Of a stretch of DNA of 64,000 nt, positions 10,445 through 20,311 are shown one piece after another. The notes under the pieces were generated by a model, which was not told the DNA's origin, made no database searches, and saw only the letters and a list, made by a program, of their open reading frames with translations. The position numbers and the translations under genes are program-made. The stretch comes from Diplonema japonicum (Eukaryota; Protista; Euglenozoa: Diplonemea): assembly GCA_964019335.1 (NCBI GenBank), contig OZ025656.1:434001-498000 (forward strand). The letters are read 5' to 3'. Within the stretch, counting starts at the first letter, position 1. Each line of letters begins with the position of its first letter.

Positions 10445-12463
10445 ATGGACCCATTTCTCTGTAGCTGTTTAGCAGGCAGCCTTACTGATGCCATAGAGTT
10501 TGTGGAAGAAACTGGGGTTAAAGAGAACCTAGTAAAACAAGACGAGAAAGGCAGGAATGGGTTCTGGCTGGCAGCGTCGATGGGGAACTATGAGGTATTG
10601 AAGTATTTGGTGGAACAAGGCGAGAGGGCGGGCATGCCTGGAAGCAAAGGCTACAACAAGAAGGACAAGTGCAAGATGACGCCGCTGCATGGAGCAGTGT
10701 GCAGCTTATGCTCTCTAAGGTCTCGTACAGTGGACACTGAAGCAGTCCTTGACGAAGTAATACGGGGGAAGCTTTCTCAGCTTTACGCAGACGAGTTCGA
10801 CGTGATAGAAGAACCGTTCTTGGCAAGCATCGAGCTGCTGCTTTACTGCATCCAAAAACGAGATACACCTGCCTCCCTTGCCCAGCACACCTCCAGCCTC
10901 GACAGTCTCAACGTCATCAGTGTAGCAGCACGCCACGGCCATCTCCGCTGTCTTCACATGCTGCTCTTCTCCCAACTCCCTCTCCACAGCAAGGTCTACC
11001 TCAAAAGGCATCGGATTGACGGGGTGGTCACTGCTCTCTGCCCGCCTCCTGGAGCTCTGTGTGGGTGGCCTGGCGAAGCTGTCATTAGTTTTATAAAAGA
11101 GGGTGGTGAGTGTACTGAGCGTGTTGACCTTCTTGCTATGGATGTGCTGCCCCTCGATGGCTTCCTTGACATCCATGGCAGGAGAAATGCACTCTGGCAA
11201 GCCGCAGCCTCGGGACACACCGATGTAGTGCGGGCCCTCCTCCTCGCAGGGAGCAGCGTGCTGGGCGATCCTCCAGACCACTCGCCCCTCTTCGTGGCGT
11301 GCGACAATGGCCACGCCGACACAGCGCTTCTCATCCACGACAATGGCGGCTTGCTGAACTTAGTCGACAAGCAGCACCTTCCACTCCTCCTAGAAGACGC
11401 GCCCTGCGCCATCGCAGACATCCTCACTCCCACTGCGCAGAAACACCGAATAGAAATCTCTACAGCAGCGCACTCAAGGGTCAAAAGGGTAATCCGAGCA
11501 CTCTCCGAACGCCACAACACACCCCGCCACGTGGTGTCGTCCTGCATCTGGGGACCTTGGGAGAGGTGTGTGGACAGCGTGCAAGCGTTGTACTGCGTGT
11601 TGGCTGCTGATGAAAAGAAGGATCACATGAAAGCGATACACGAGGTGCTTGGAAAGGATGTGTCAAAGAGGGACCTGGAGGTGTTGTTTCCCGACAACTG
11701 CTTCCCTTTGGAGCAAGAGGACTGGGCGGCCATTACACAGCTCGTGCTGACAATACTGTTTGAGGACATGTCGTGCAGGGACGCGTTGGTGGTCTTCGGT
11801 GACGTGGCGGCGTGGGAAAAGTTCGGAGAGAAGGTGCTGCCGAAAATGGTGAAGCACGCAGTGCTGCTGAGCGTGCGGAAATGCACTTCTGTGGAAAAGC
11901 CTGCTGTAGAGGTCTATGATCCTACGAACCGAAGCTTTGCACCGTCACGGGGGCACCAGGTGCTGGTGATGTCGGCTTGTTTGTTCGCCATCTCTGCTCT
12001 GACGATAGTACGGTGCTGCGACAGTGTGCGTGAGGTGGGCGACGAAGTTATCGTGCTGCGTGCTGTGCCGCTCGCCGAGCACATCCCTGTGGGCACGAGG
12101 GGCACCGTGAGCAGCATCGTGCAGCTGGAGAAGAAGCTAGAAGCAGGAGTTGTCTTTGCGGACCCTGAGTATGCTTCCTACTTCTATCCCTCTGACAATC
12201 TGAAGCTCATACAACGCGAGGCATGGAAGAGCAGACCGCAGCAGGTAGAGAGCATCTTGCGCGCGCCCTCCCTCATCCCCTCCCTTCCGAGTGGCCACCT
12301 TACATCCTATGTACTTGCGTTATCCGCTGCTGTTCTTGGTACCCCTACGTACGCACAAATCATTGAACGCGTTGCGTCCCTCCCTTGTGCTCGCCCGCCT
12401 GCGCCACCCTCATCCCCCTTGCACCACAAAGAGCAACCATGCCCCTGCTGCGTCCTGCAGTGA
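10445..12463 (+). CDS. Ankyrin-repeat protein with C-terminal CAAX motif
   Basis: Ankyrin motifs (GRNGFWLAASMGNYEVLKYLVE, NALWQAAASGHTDVVRALL, SPLFVACDNGH); ends CPCCVLQ. Confidence 0.8.
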   Translation: MDPFLCSCLAGSLTDAIEFVEETGVKENLVKQDEKGRNGFWLAASMGNYEVLKYLVEQGERAGMPGSKGYNKKDKCKMTPLHGAVCSLCSLRSRTVDTEAVLDEVIRGKLSQLYADEFDVIEEPFLASIELLLYCIQKRDTPASLAQHTSSLDSLNVISVAARHGHLRCLHMLLFSQLPLHSKVYLKRHRIDGVVTALCPPPGALCGWPGEAVISFIKEGGECTERVDLLAMDVLPLDGFLDIHGRRNALWQAAASGHTDVVRALLLAGSSVLGDPPDHSPLFVACDNGHADTALLIHDNGGLLNLVDKQHLPLLLEDAPCAIADILTPTAQKHRIEISTAAHSRVKRVIRALSERHNTPRHVVSSCIWGPWERCVDSVQALYCVLAADEKKDHMKAIHEVLGKDVSKRDLEVLFPDNCFPLEQEDWAAITQLVLTILFEDMSCRDALVVFGDVAAWEKFGEKVLPKMVKHAVLLSVRKCTSVEKPAVEVYDPTNRSFAPSRGHQVLVMSACLFAISALTIVRCCDSVREVGDEVIVLRAVPLAEHIPVGTRGTVSSIVQLEKKLEAGVVFADPEYASYFYPSDNLKLIQREAWKSRPQQVESILRAPSLIPSLPSGHLTSYVLALSAAVLGTPTYAQIIERVASLPCARPPAPPSSPLHHKEQPCPCCVLQ

Positions 12464-12601
12464 TTGTGACTTCCGTCACATGACATGAAAGCAGAAGAAG
12501 CAGAAGGAAAAACACACGCACGAGAATTCTAGTATTACCACTACCACGTTGCCAGCAACCCCATCAGTGTTTACGTTTTTAAAAAAAAAAAAGAATATAA
12601 A

Positions 12602-12954
12602 ATGTCCGGTGTCGCTGATGGTGTCATGTGCCCCCACTGCAAGTCCTTCCAGTACTACTACTGCACGAACTGCCCTGGTAACAAGGTGTGTGTTCTTTTT
12701 TGCTTTTTTTTTCTTTCTTTTATTTTCTTTCTAAGAGAAATGAACAATGACAGGTTGCCTACTGCGCTGCGCACAACACGCAGGCGAAGAACAAGCACCC
12801 TCTTCACGTGAAGGTCTTCGAGGGTACCTCGCAGAAGTGTGTGAAGTGCAACAACAACTACTGCATTAAACCTGCAAGCTGTGCCCAGGTTCAGGAGTTT
12901 GAGAAGAAACAGGCCACACTCTACCAGGGCCGCATGGACGAGGGTACCCGTTAG
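12602..12954 (+). CDS. 94-aa Cys/His-rich putative zinc-binding protein, tandem copy 1 (intron 12686-12753)
   Basis: Spliced product MSGVADGVMCPHCKSFQYYYCTNCPGNK/VAYCAAHNTQAKNKHPLHVKVFEGTSQKCVKCNNNYCIKPASCAQVQEFEKKQATLYQGRMDEGTR; exons conserved across five copies while introns diverge. Confidence 0.88.
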
Positions 12955-13198
12955 GTTGCTGTTGGACGATCGTGTTCCTACTGCACAGCTTTGTTTCTTT
13001 CCGTTCACCCCTGAAGAAGAAATCATTCTTTGCTCACTGACGTTAACCTTTTTCCCTTTCCCTCCCTACTTCCTTTTCTTTTTGATTTCTTTTTCCCCTC
13101 CGTAATTGGTGAGGCTGGTTATGTTTTTATCTTTTGTTCAGAAAGCTCTAAGATCACCACAGCTCCTAAAAGCCTTTTAAAAAAAAAAAACTATAAAA

Positions 13199-13529
13199 AT
13201 GTCCGGTGTCGCTGATGGTGTCATGTGCCCCCACTGCAAGTCCTTCCAGTACTACTACTGCACGAACTGCCCCGGTAACAAGGTATGTGTTTTTTTTTTT
13301 TTTGTTTTTGTTTTTGAAGCAATGACAGGTTGCCTACTGCGCTGCGCACAACACGCAGGCGAAGAACAAGCACCCTCTTCACGTGAAGGTCTTCGAGGGT
13401 ACCTCGCAGAAGTGTGTGAAGTGCAACAACAACTACTGCATTAAACCCGCAAGCTGTGCCCAGGTTCAGGAGTTTGAGAAGAAACAGGCCACACTCTACC
13501 AGGGCCGCATGGACGAGGGTACCCGTTAG
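13199..13529 (+). CDS. 94-aa Cys/His-rich protein, tandem copy 2 (intron 13283-13328)
   Basis: Near-identical exons to copy 1; same intron position. Confidence 0.88.
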
Positions 13530-13733
13530 GTCCAACCAAATTATAAGACCCCCTTTTTTTTTTCTTCTCCCTTATCTCTCTCTCCCTTATATTTTACTTA
13601 CAACCCCTCCTCTTTCAGGTGCGGCGAAAAAATAAGAGAAAAAAGCAACCAATTACTTTTTTTTTATATCTTATAAACCCTGTTTGTCTATATATTTTCC
13701 AGTTATATTTAAATAAATAAAAAAAAAACTAAA

Positions 13734-14084
13734 ATGTCCGGTGTCGCTGATGGTGTCATGTGCCCCCACTGCAAGTCCTTCCAGTACTACTACTGCACGA
13801 ACTGCCCTGGTAACAAGGTGTGTTCTTTTTTGCTTTTTTTTTTCTTCCTTTTTTTTTCTTTCTAAGAGAATGAATAATGACAGGTTGCCTACTGCGCTGC
13901 GCACAACACGCAGGCGAAGAACAAGCACCCTCTTCACGTGAAGGTCTTCGAGGGTACCTCTCAGAAGTGTGTGAAGTGCAACAACAACTACTGCATTAAA
14001 CCTGCAAGCTGTGCCCAGGTTCAGGAGTTTGAGAAGAAGCAGGCCACACTCTACCAGGGCCGCATGGACGAGGGTACCCGTTAG
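13734..14084 (+). CDS. 94-aa Cys/His-rich protein, tandem copy 3 (intron 13818-13883)
   Basis: Near-identical exons to copy 1; same intron position. Confidence 0.88.
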
Positions 14085-14292
14085 GCAATAAGCAAAGGGT
14101 CCCTGAAGCAAACGATGCAACTTCCTCTCTCTGCATGTAGCGAGCAGGCAAGATGCCTGATCTCCGTGGGCAACAGACCTTTCACTAGGCAGTGTCATGC
14201 TAAATAAATAAATATTTACCTGCAGCTAAACCTGTTCCCACTTACTCAGCAACCTCTTCTTGTCTTCAAACCCCTTCAAAAAAAAAACTAAA

Positions 14293-14621
14293 ATGTCCGG
14301 TGTCGCTGATGGTGTCATGTGCCCCCACTGCAAGTCCTTCCAGTACTACTACTGCACGAACTGCCCTGGTAACAAGGTGTGTGAAAATGAAATATCCACT
14401 AAATATGTGAACAATGACAGGTTGCCTACTGCGCTGCGCACAACACGCAGGCGAAGAACAAGCACCCTCTTCACGTGAAGGTCTTCGAGGGTACCTCGCA
14501 GAAGTGTGTGAAGTGCGGCAACAACTACTGCATTAAACCCGCAAGCTGTGCCCAGGTTCAGGAGTTTGAGAAGAAGCAGTCCACACTCTACCAGGGCCGC
14601 ATGGACGAGGGTACCCGTTAG
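14293..14621 (+). CDS. 94-aa Cys/His-rich protein, tandem copy 4 (intron 14377-14420)
   Basis: Near-identical exons; variants KCGNNY and KKQST. Confidence 0.88.
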
Positions 14622-15066
14622 GTTGCTGAACTTGTCTGCATCAGAAAAGAAAGAAAAAAAAAATGATTGATGAAAACAAAAAAAAAATTAAAAATTACAT
14701 TTCCTTTTTTTTACTCCGGTTTCGCTACCCCCTCCCCCCCCCCCCCCCCCCCTGATTGATTGAGATTGGTTTAGCTGTTGCAGTGTTTATGAAGGGCTGA
14801 TTAGCCCGTTCAACCGCCTGTCTTCACTGCTAAAAAGCTTTCCATTGGGTTTTAATTATAGCTTTTTTTTTGCGGTGGATTTTTTTTTTTATTCCTCTCT
14901 TGCGCAGGCTCACACGGGTTGGGTGGGCTTTGCAATCCGTTCGGAATTACCTTTCCAAGACGCTTTTTTTTTTATTCTCTTTTCTTTTATTTTTTTTTCT
15001 TACTTTCTTCTCACCAATGTACACAGCATTTGTCTTTAAAACCTTTTAAAAAAAAAAACTATAAAA

Positions 15067-15390
15067 ATGTCCGGTGTCGCTGATGGTGTCATGTGCCCCC
15101 ACTGCAAGTCCTTCCAGTACTACTACTGCACGAACTGCCCCGGTAACAAGGTGTGTTCTTTTTTTTTTTTCTTTTTAAAGCAATGACAGGTTGCCTACTG
15201 CGCTGCGCACAACACGCAGGCGAAGAACAAGCACCCTCTTCACGTGAAGGTCTTCGAGGGTACCTCGCAGAAGTGTGTGAAGTGCGGCAACAACTACTGC
15301 ATTAAACCTGCAAGCTGTGCCCAGGTTCAGGAGCACGAAAAGAAGCAGTCCACACTCTACCAGGGCCGCATGGACGAGGGTACCCGTTAG
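15067..15390 (+). CDS. 94-aa Cys/His-rich protein, tandem copy 5 (intron 15151-15189)
   Basis: Near-identical exons; variants KCGNNY and QEHEKKQST. Confidence 0.88.
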
Positions 15391-15860
15391 GTTACTGTTG
15401 TGACAGTGAAGGAGATGCCATAAGGCGTCTTTGTTGCGACGGGAAAGAAAAAAAAAAAAAAGATGTAAAACGAAAAACAAGAGGAGCGGTTGGCGTGACA
15501 ACAAGGAATGAAGGAAACGGAGGGCGAAGAAAAAAGTGTATTTTTTATTTGCCCCACCCCGTTCTGTCATCCTCCACACTTGTGCAGAAAAACCCCGCCA
15601 AAAATACCCCCCCCGTTTTGTTTTGTTTATGACTTCCGGTTCATTTATCTATTACCCCCACCACCCATTCCTTTTTTTTTAAAAAAAGTTATTGCTCTCC
15701 CTTTTTTATTTTATTTTTTTACCCCAAGGTTCCATTTTCTTTTATTATTACCCCCACCCACCCACCCGTTTCCCCTTCCGTAAAGGTAAAGGCGTTTTTT
15801 TATTGAAAAAAAAAAAATTTTTTTTTGTGACCACACCGGTGTTTTTTATATATTATTCTC

Positions 15861-16060
15861 NNNNNNNNNNNNNNNNNNNNNNNNNNNNNNNNNNNNNNNN
15901 NNNNNNNNNNNNNNNNNNNNNNNNNNNNNNNNNNNNNNNNNNNNNNNNNNNNNNNNNNNNNNNNNNNNNNNNNNNNNNNNNNNNNNNNNNNNNNNNNNNN
16001 NNNNNNNNNNNNNNNNNNNNNNNNNNNNNNNNNNNNNNNNNNNNNNNNNNNNNNNNNNNN
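15861..16060. other. Assembly gap (200 N)
   Basis: Run of N. Confidence 1.
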
Positions 16061-17619
16061 CCCAAAAATGAGGCCAATTGACACTTTCAATATTTCTCTA
16101 AGTACTTTTTCCCAAAGAAAAAAAATTCTACAACTTTCCCGGCCCAGGTTAGGAAAGAAAACACCCCAGAAAATGGGAAAGTGAGTGTTACTAGTACCCA
16201 GAAAATTCAGTCCTAGGGGCAAAAATGGGTTTTTTCACTTTGCACAAATTTAGTAAAAGAGGAGTGACAAAAATGGATGCTTTTAAACTTGCTGTTGAGA
16301 AGCTAGGGGTAAAAAAAAATGGTATTCGGACCGAGAAAGGGTAAATGGGAACACCACGGCGATCAGGACACTCGCCACAGAGGTTTTTGAGAAGCTCAGT
16401 GGCAACGACTGTGCTGCACTAGTTTGTGGCGTAGTGTGTAAAAGGGAACTTCTAGCGGCACTTCTGCTATCATTTTCTGGTTGATTTAGTAGCCAACAAG
16501 ACACCACACGGCGCCAATTGGTCAGAGGCATGAGGCTTGACCACATCACACATGATGAAATAAGGGCAGCTGGCCTTACTGTTGGAAAAGTCTTGTTCCA
16601 CAGTAGCATGGGCACAGAAAAAAATAAAGAAAAAAATGGAGTGGATACTCTGGACTGACGGTGGGCGTCACTTTCGTGCAAAGGAATTTTGCTACTTTGT
16701 TCTTTTTGGTCTTCGTTATGTATATCCCGATCGGACGTTTTCCCTGTGGTTTCTGGGGGAGAAACACGGCAAAAACAACAGGGACAGCCACTTTGGTGTG
16801 CTCTCTCGTGTTTGGTTTTGGGTGCCTCGTTCCACAACAATTAAAACTGTGGAACAAATAGCTAACATCACCAATACGATACGGTGCGCCGTGCATGTAG
16901 TTACTGATGTCTTTGGCCCGTACAAAAAGAAAATTCTTGAGTTTCCGGATTTTACAGGTGCATATGAGCTCAGGAGCACACCGGAGGGTGTACTTGCTAC
17001 GTGTGCGTCCACGAGCTAGAAAGAACTAAAGTACATCATCAAAGAACTCGATGCAGACAGGGCAGAGAAAAGGCCCCCAGTCTATGAATCTTGTGATGAG
17101 TATGAGGACGTTCCTGATAGCCTTCCCGGACTTGAAAAACGAGAAAGAATAGTAACCAAATTACAAAAATACTAGACTTTGCGGGACACCCCATGACAAG
17201 CCCAAAGCACCAAGTACACCTACGAATGAGCCTCTTAAAACCCCCCAAAATGCGGTAGAAGGCCTAATAGTATGAAAAAGAAACGAGGTCGCCCACTCAG
17301 CAGCAGCACATCTCAGCCGCAGAAGACTAGGAAATGAAGGTTTCCACTTCCAACATCATTTCAGCCACCTTCTAGCAGTGAGTTCCGCTATTTCTTGCTA
17401 TTGAAAGCATACTCTCTGACTTTACCAAAACCACTAAAACCCGATTTTTACCCTAAGACTGAATTTTTCATAGGTCAAAATAGCACCCTTGAGCGATTTC
17501 TGACCCGGGTTCTTTCCTAATATGGGCCGGGAAATATGGAGAATTTTTTTTAAAGGGGGCGGCATGCCCGAAAGTGTCAATTGGCCTCATTTTGGGGGGG
17601 GGGGTTTTGAAATCGACCC
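16061..17619 (+). mobile_element. Degenerate TIR DNA transposon, Sola-like; left terminus lost in the gap
   Basis: CCCAAAAATGAGGCCAATTGACACTTT at 16061 is inverted at 17571-17597; imperfect inverted similarity runs ~170 bp (16061-16234 vs 17436-17597); internal transposase remnant. Confidence 0.8.
16329..17019 (+). pseudogene. Disrupted DDD/E transposase remnant
   Basis: WTDGGRHFR...WFLGEKHGKNNRDSHFG resembles the Sola-type SDG..(Q/H)FK...HGK..D motif; upstream part has stops and frameshifts. Confidence 0.6.
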
Positions 17620-17693
17620 ATATATTGTACTTTCCACAGCCTCTCAATACTCAAGACACAGGTTTAATAGGGAAAGAAAAGATAATAGCGAAT

Positions 17694-19142
17694 ATGCAGT
17701 CGCCAATGGCACCGTCGACCTGGTCCAACTCCGACCTGAAGGAGTGCATGTGCTGGAGCTCATTCTTGAACAACTGGTGTCAAGGCAAGTGGATGAACCA
17801 GTGTGACGACTACTGGCTCACCTACTCATCCTACGTCATCATCGCCCTGTTCGGGGCTGGGCTGATCCTTGTGGGGGCCATTGCCTACTACATCCTCAGG
17901 TGTCTTGTGTGCTGCTGCACTTGCTGCAAGGGGCTGACAGAGGGCGTATCGAATATTGTGCTGATGTCTTACCGAGTGGGGATCCTTCTGTGCTTCATCA
18001 CACTGGTGGTCACTGTCGGGGTGTCGAGCCACTACAGAGCTGACGATGTGCACGATGGGCTGCAGTCTGTGAACACCTCGTTCACTACACAGACAAACGC
18101 GCTCCGTGCTGTGACCTCGCTGTACATGAACACAACCTACGACCTCCTGGAGGAGGTGGGCTACCCCAATGGTTCCGTCCCCCCCACCATCACCACTGCC
18201 ATCACCACCGTGAACCACAACGTGGACCACTGGATGCACAATGTGAACACCGCTCAGGACGATGTGATGTCGCACCTGTGGCTCCTCGACATGTTCCTGT
18301 GGCCCTCCCTCATCACCACCGCCCTCCTCCTTGTCTTCAACATGCTGGGGTTCCACCGCATCGTCCCTGAGTTCATGATCTTCTTCGTCTTCGTCACGGC
18401 CCTCTCCGCCTTCTTCCTGCAGTTCACGGCTGGCTTCTTCCGGAAGGCCTCCGTCGACCTGTGCGATGACTACTTCCCAGTGGTGGGGTCGCTGATGGAG
18501 ATCATCGACAGCAAGATCGGCGGCTGCAACGAGGAGGGCAGGCTCGGAGGCATCATCACCAGCACTGTGTTCATCCAGGACAGCTACATCACCGAGTCGT
18601 GCAAGGCGGCCAACGTGTCTGTCGGGCTGCTGTGCTCGAAGTACTTCACGTGCGACACATGCGACACGTTGGACGGTGTGGCCAGTGTGCTTGCGAACGG
18701 ATCTGTTCTGACGGACGGGGCGAGCCTTGGGTGTGTGGGGTGCAGCATCTCGCAGTGTGCCGAGAAGTGCACCGACAGTGAGGCGAAGACCCTCTCCTCT
18801 GAGGCTGTTCAGAAGGATTCCCATGTGAGGGGGGGACTGGCAACCCTGAAGAAGGAGGTGTACCCTGTGGCGGACTGCTCGTACTTTAAAAACATGCTTA
18901 CTGCGGTGAAGCCCTCGATCTGCGGGGACTTTGAACCCTCAACAGAAGACTACTTCAACACTGTGGGTGTGGCTGGGGTGTTTGTGATGTTTGTCTTCAT
19001 CCTTGCGACCCTTGGCAACGTCATGTTCCTGAAGGAGGACGTGCCGGCTGTGAATGAGGTACAAGTGGTGGAGGCCGCTGTACCTGCAGAATACTACCCT
19101 GTTACCCTTACGAAGACCCTCCCTAACGACGAAACTATTTAA
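17694..19142 (+). CDS. Tweety/prominin-like 5-TM membrane protein, copy A (482 aa, intronless)
   Basis: Five hydrophobic segments; Cys cluster after TM1 (CLVCCCTCC); two large loops, the second Cys-rich (VDLCDD, CVGCSISQCAEKC). The upstream ORF extension overlaps the transposon end. Confidence 0.7.
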   Translation: MQSPMAPSTWSNSDLKECMCWSSFLNNWCQGKWMNQCDDYWLTYSSYVIIALFGAGLILVGAIAYYILRCLVCCCTCCKGLTEGVSNIVLMSYRVGILLCFITLVVTVGVSSHYRADDVHDGLQSVNTSFTTQTNALRAVTSLYMNTTYDLLEEVGYPNGSVPPTITTAITTVNHNVDHWMHNVNTAQDDVMSHLWLLDMFLWPSLITTALLLVFNMLGFHRIVPEFMIFFVFVTALSAFFLQFTAGFFRKASVDLCDDYFPVVGSLMEIIDSKIGGCNEEGRLGGIITSTVFIQDSYITESCKAANVSVGLLCSKYFTCDTCDTLDGVASVLANGSVLTDGASLGCVGCSISQCAEKCTDSEAKTLSSEAVQKDSHVRGGLATLKKEVYPVADCSYFKNMLTAVKPSICGDFEPSTEDYFNTVGVAGVFVMFVFILATLGNVMFLKEDVPAVNEVQVVEAAVPAEYYPVTLTKTLPNDETI

Positions 19143-20311
19143 AGATAATGCGATGCTTCCATTACACATTCGTCTTTACGGCAGTGATGTGTTCCTCTAT
19201 TCGTTCTCACGGACCACAGGCTGTTGTTTCGCTTTTAAAAAAAATTTTTTTTTGATACAAACTCTTAACTCTCTACTGTGCTCCGCTGTCTGGTGAGTTG
19301 CAGACAACGTTGCTTTTGTTTCCTGGGCGGTATTATGTTGACCTCCTTAATCCTTTGTGAATGTGTATGAGCCCTTCCGACGAGGGGTTTGCCACTTACT
19401 CATTGGCAACCTCTTGCAAATTTATCCAGACCTTTACTGTGAATGCGATGCATTCAAAAAGATTTTTGATGACAATGTGCCCCCATATTCCACTCCTCTC
19501 TTCCGTGTTCTTGAATTCGAATAAGCTTTTTGTTTACTATTTACGTGCCTTTGTTTAAGGTACCCCAAGGGGGTCGTTTCGAAAAAGAAAAAAAGACAGA
19601 ACAATCGGAATCTCCTCCATCTCGTTTTCTTTTTTTTTTCCCCCTTCTTTTTTTTTTTTAATAGCTTTGCCATATCCAAATACGGGGAAAAAAAAAAAAA
19701 GAAAATAGAAATTTTTTGTTTCTTTACAATTATGCTCAAACTAGCTCCTTTTATCTATTTATTTGTCCCGGAAGGGATTCTTTTTTTTTTTTTTTTGATT
19801 TTTTCGGGTATTCTGGGTAAAATGAAACAAAAAATGAAAAAGAGGGAGGGAGGGTAAAAGAGAATACAACAGCCATTAAATCCTGAGAAGTGCGCTCTTT
19901 TCCCTGTTTTTTTAAAATTATATACTCGTTTTTTCTGTTTTTCTTTTTTCTTTTGTCCGGAATACCTCACCACAAAATATATATCACAGTAACGTGATGT
20001 GGTGCATATAAATTTAACCTGCAGCAACACACCTCTATGCAGTTGTTATGGCTGAAAGGTTTTGAAAGAAAGCAAGAAACAACGAAGAAGAAGAAGAATA
20101 CTATGTTTTCTTTCCCTTTCGCTTTCCTCTCTTTCTCCTATTCCAGTACTGATCCTTCTTGTGATTTTGTACTTTCCTTTTGTTTGTTTCCCCCCCCCCT
20201 TTTTTTTTACCTCTCCTTATCATAGTTAAAGTTTTTTTTTCTCCTTCCTTCGCCATGCTACCAGTAATACATATTCGCGAAAGGTTCAAAAGAAGAAGAA
20301 AAAAACACATT

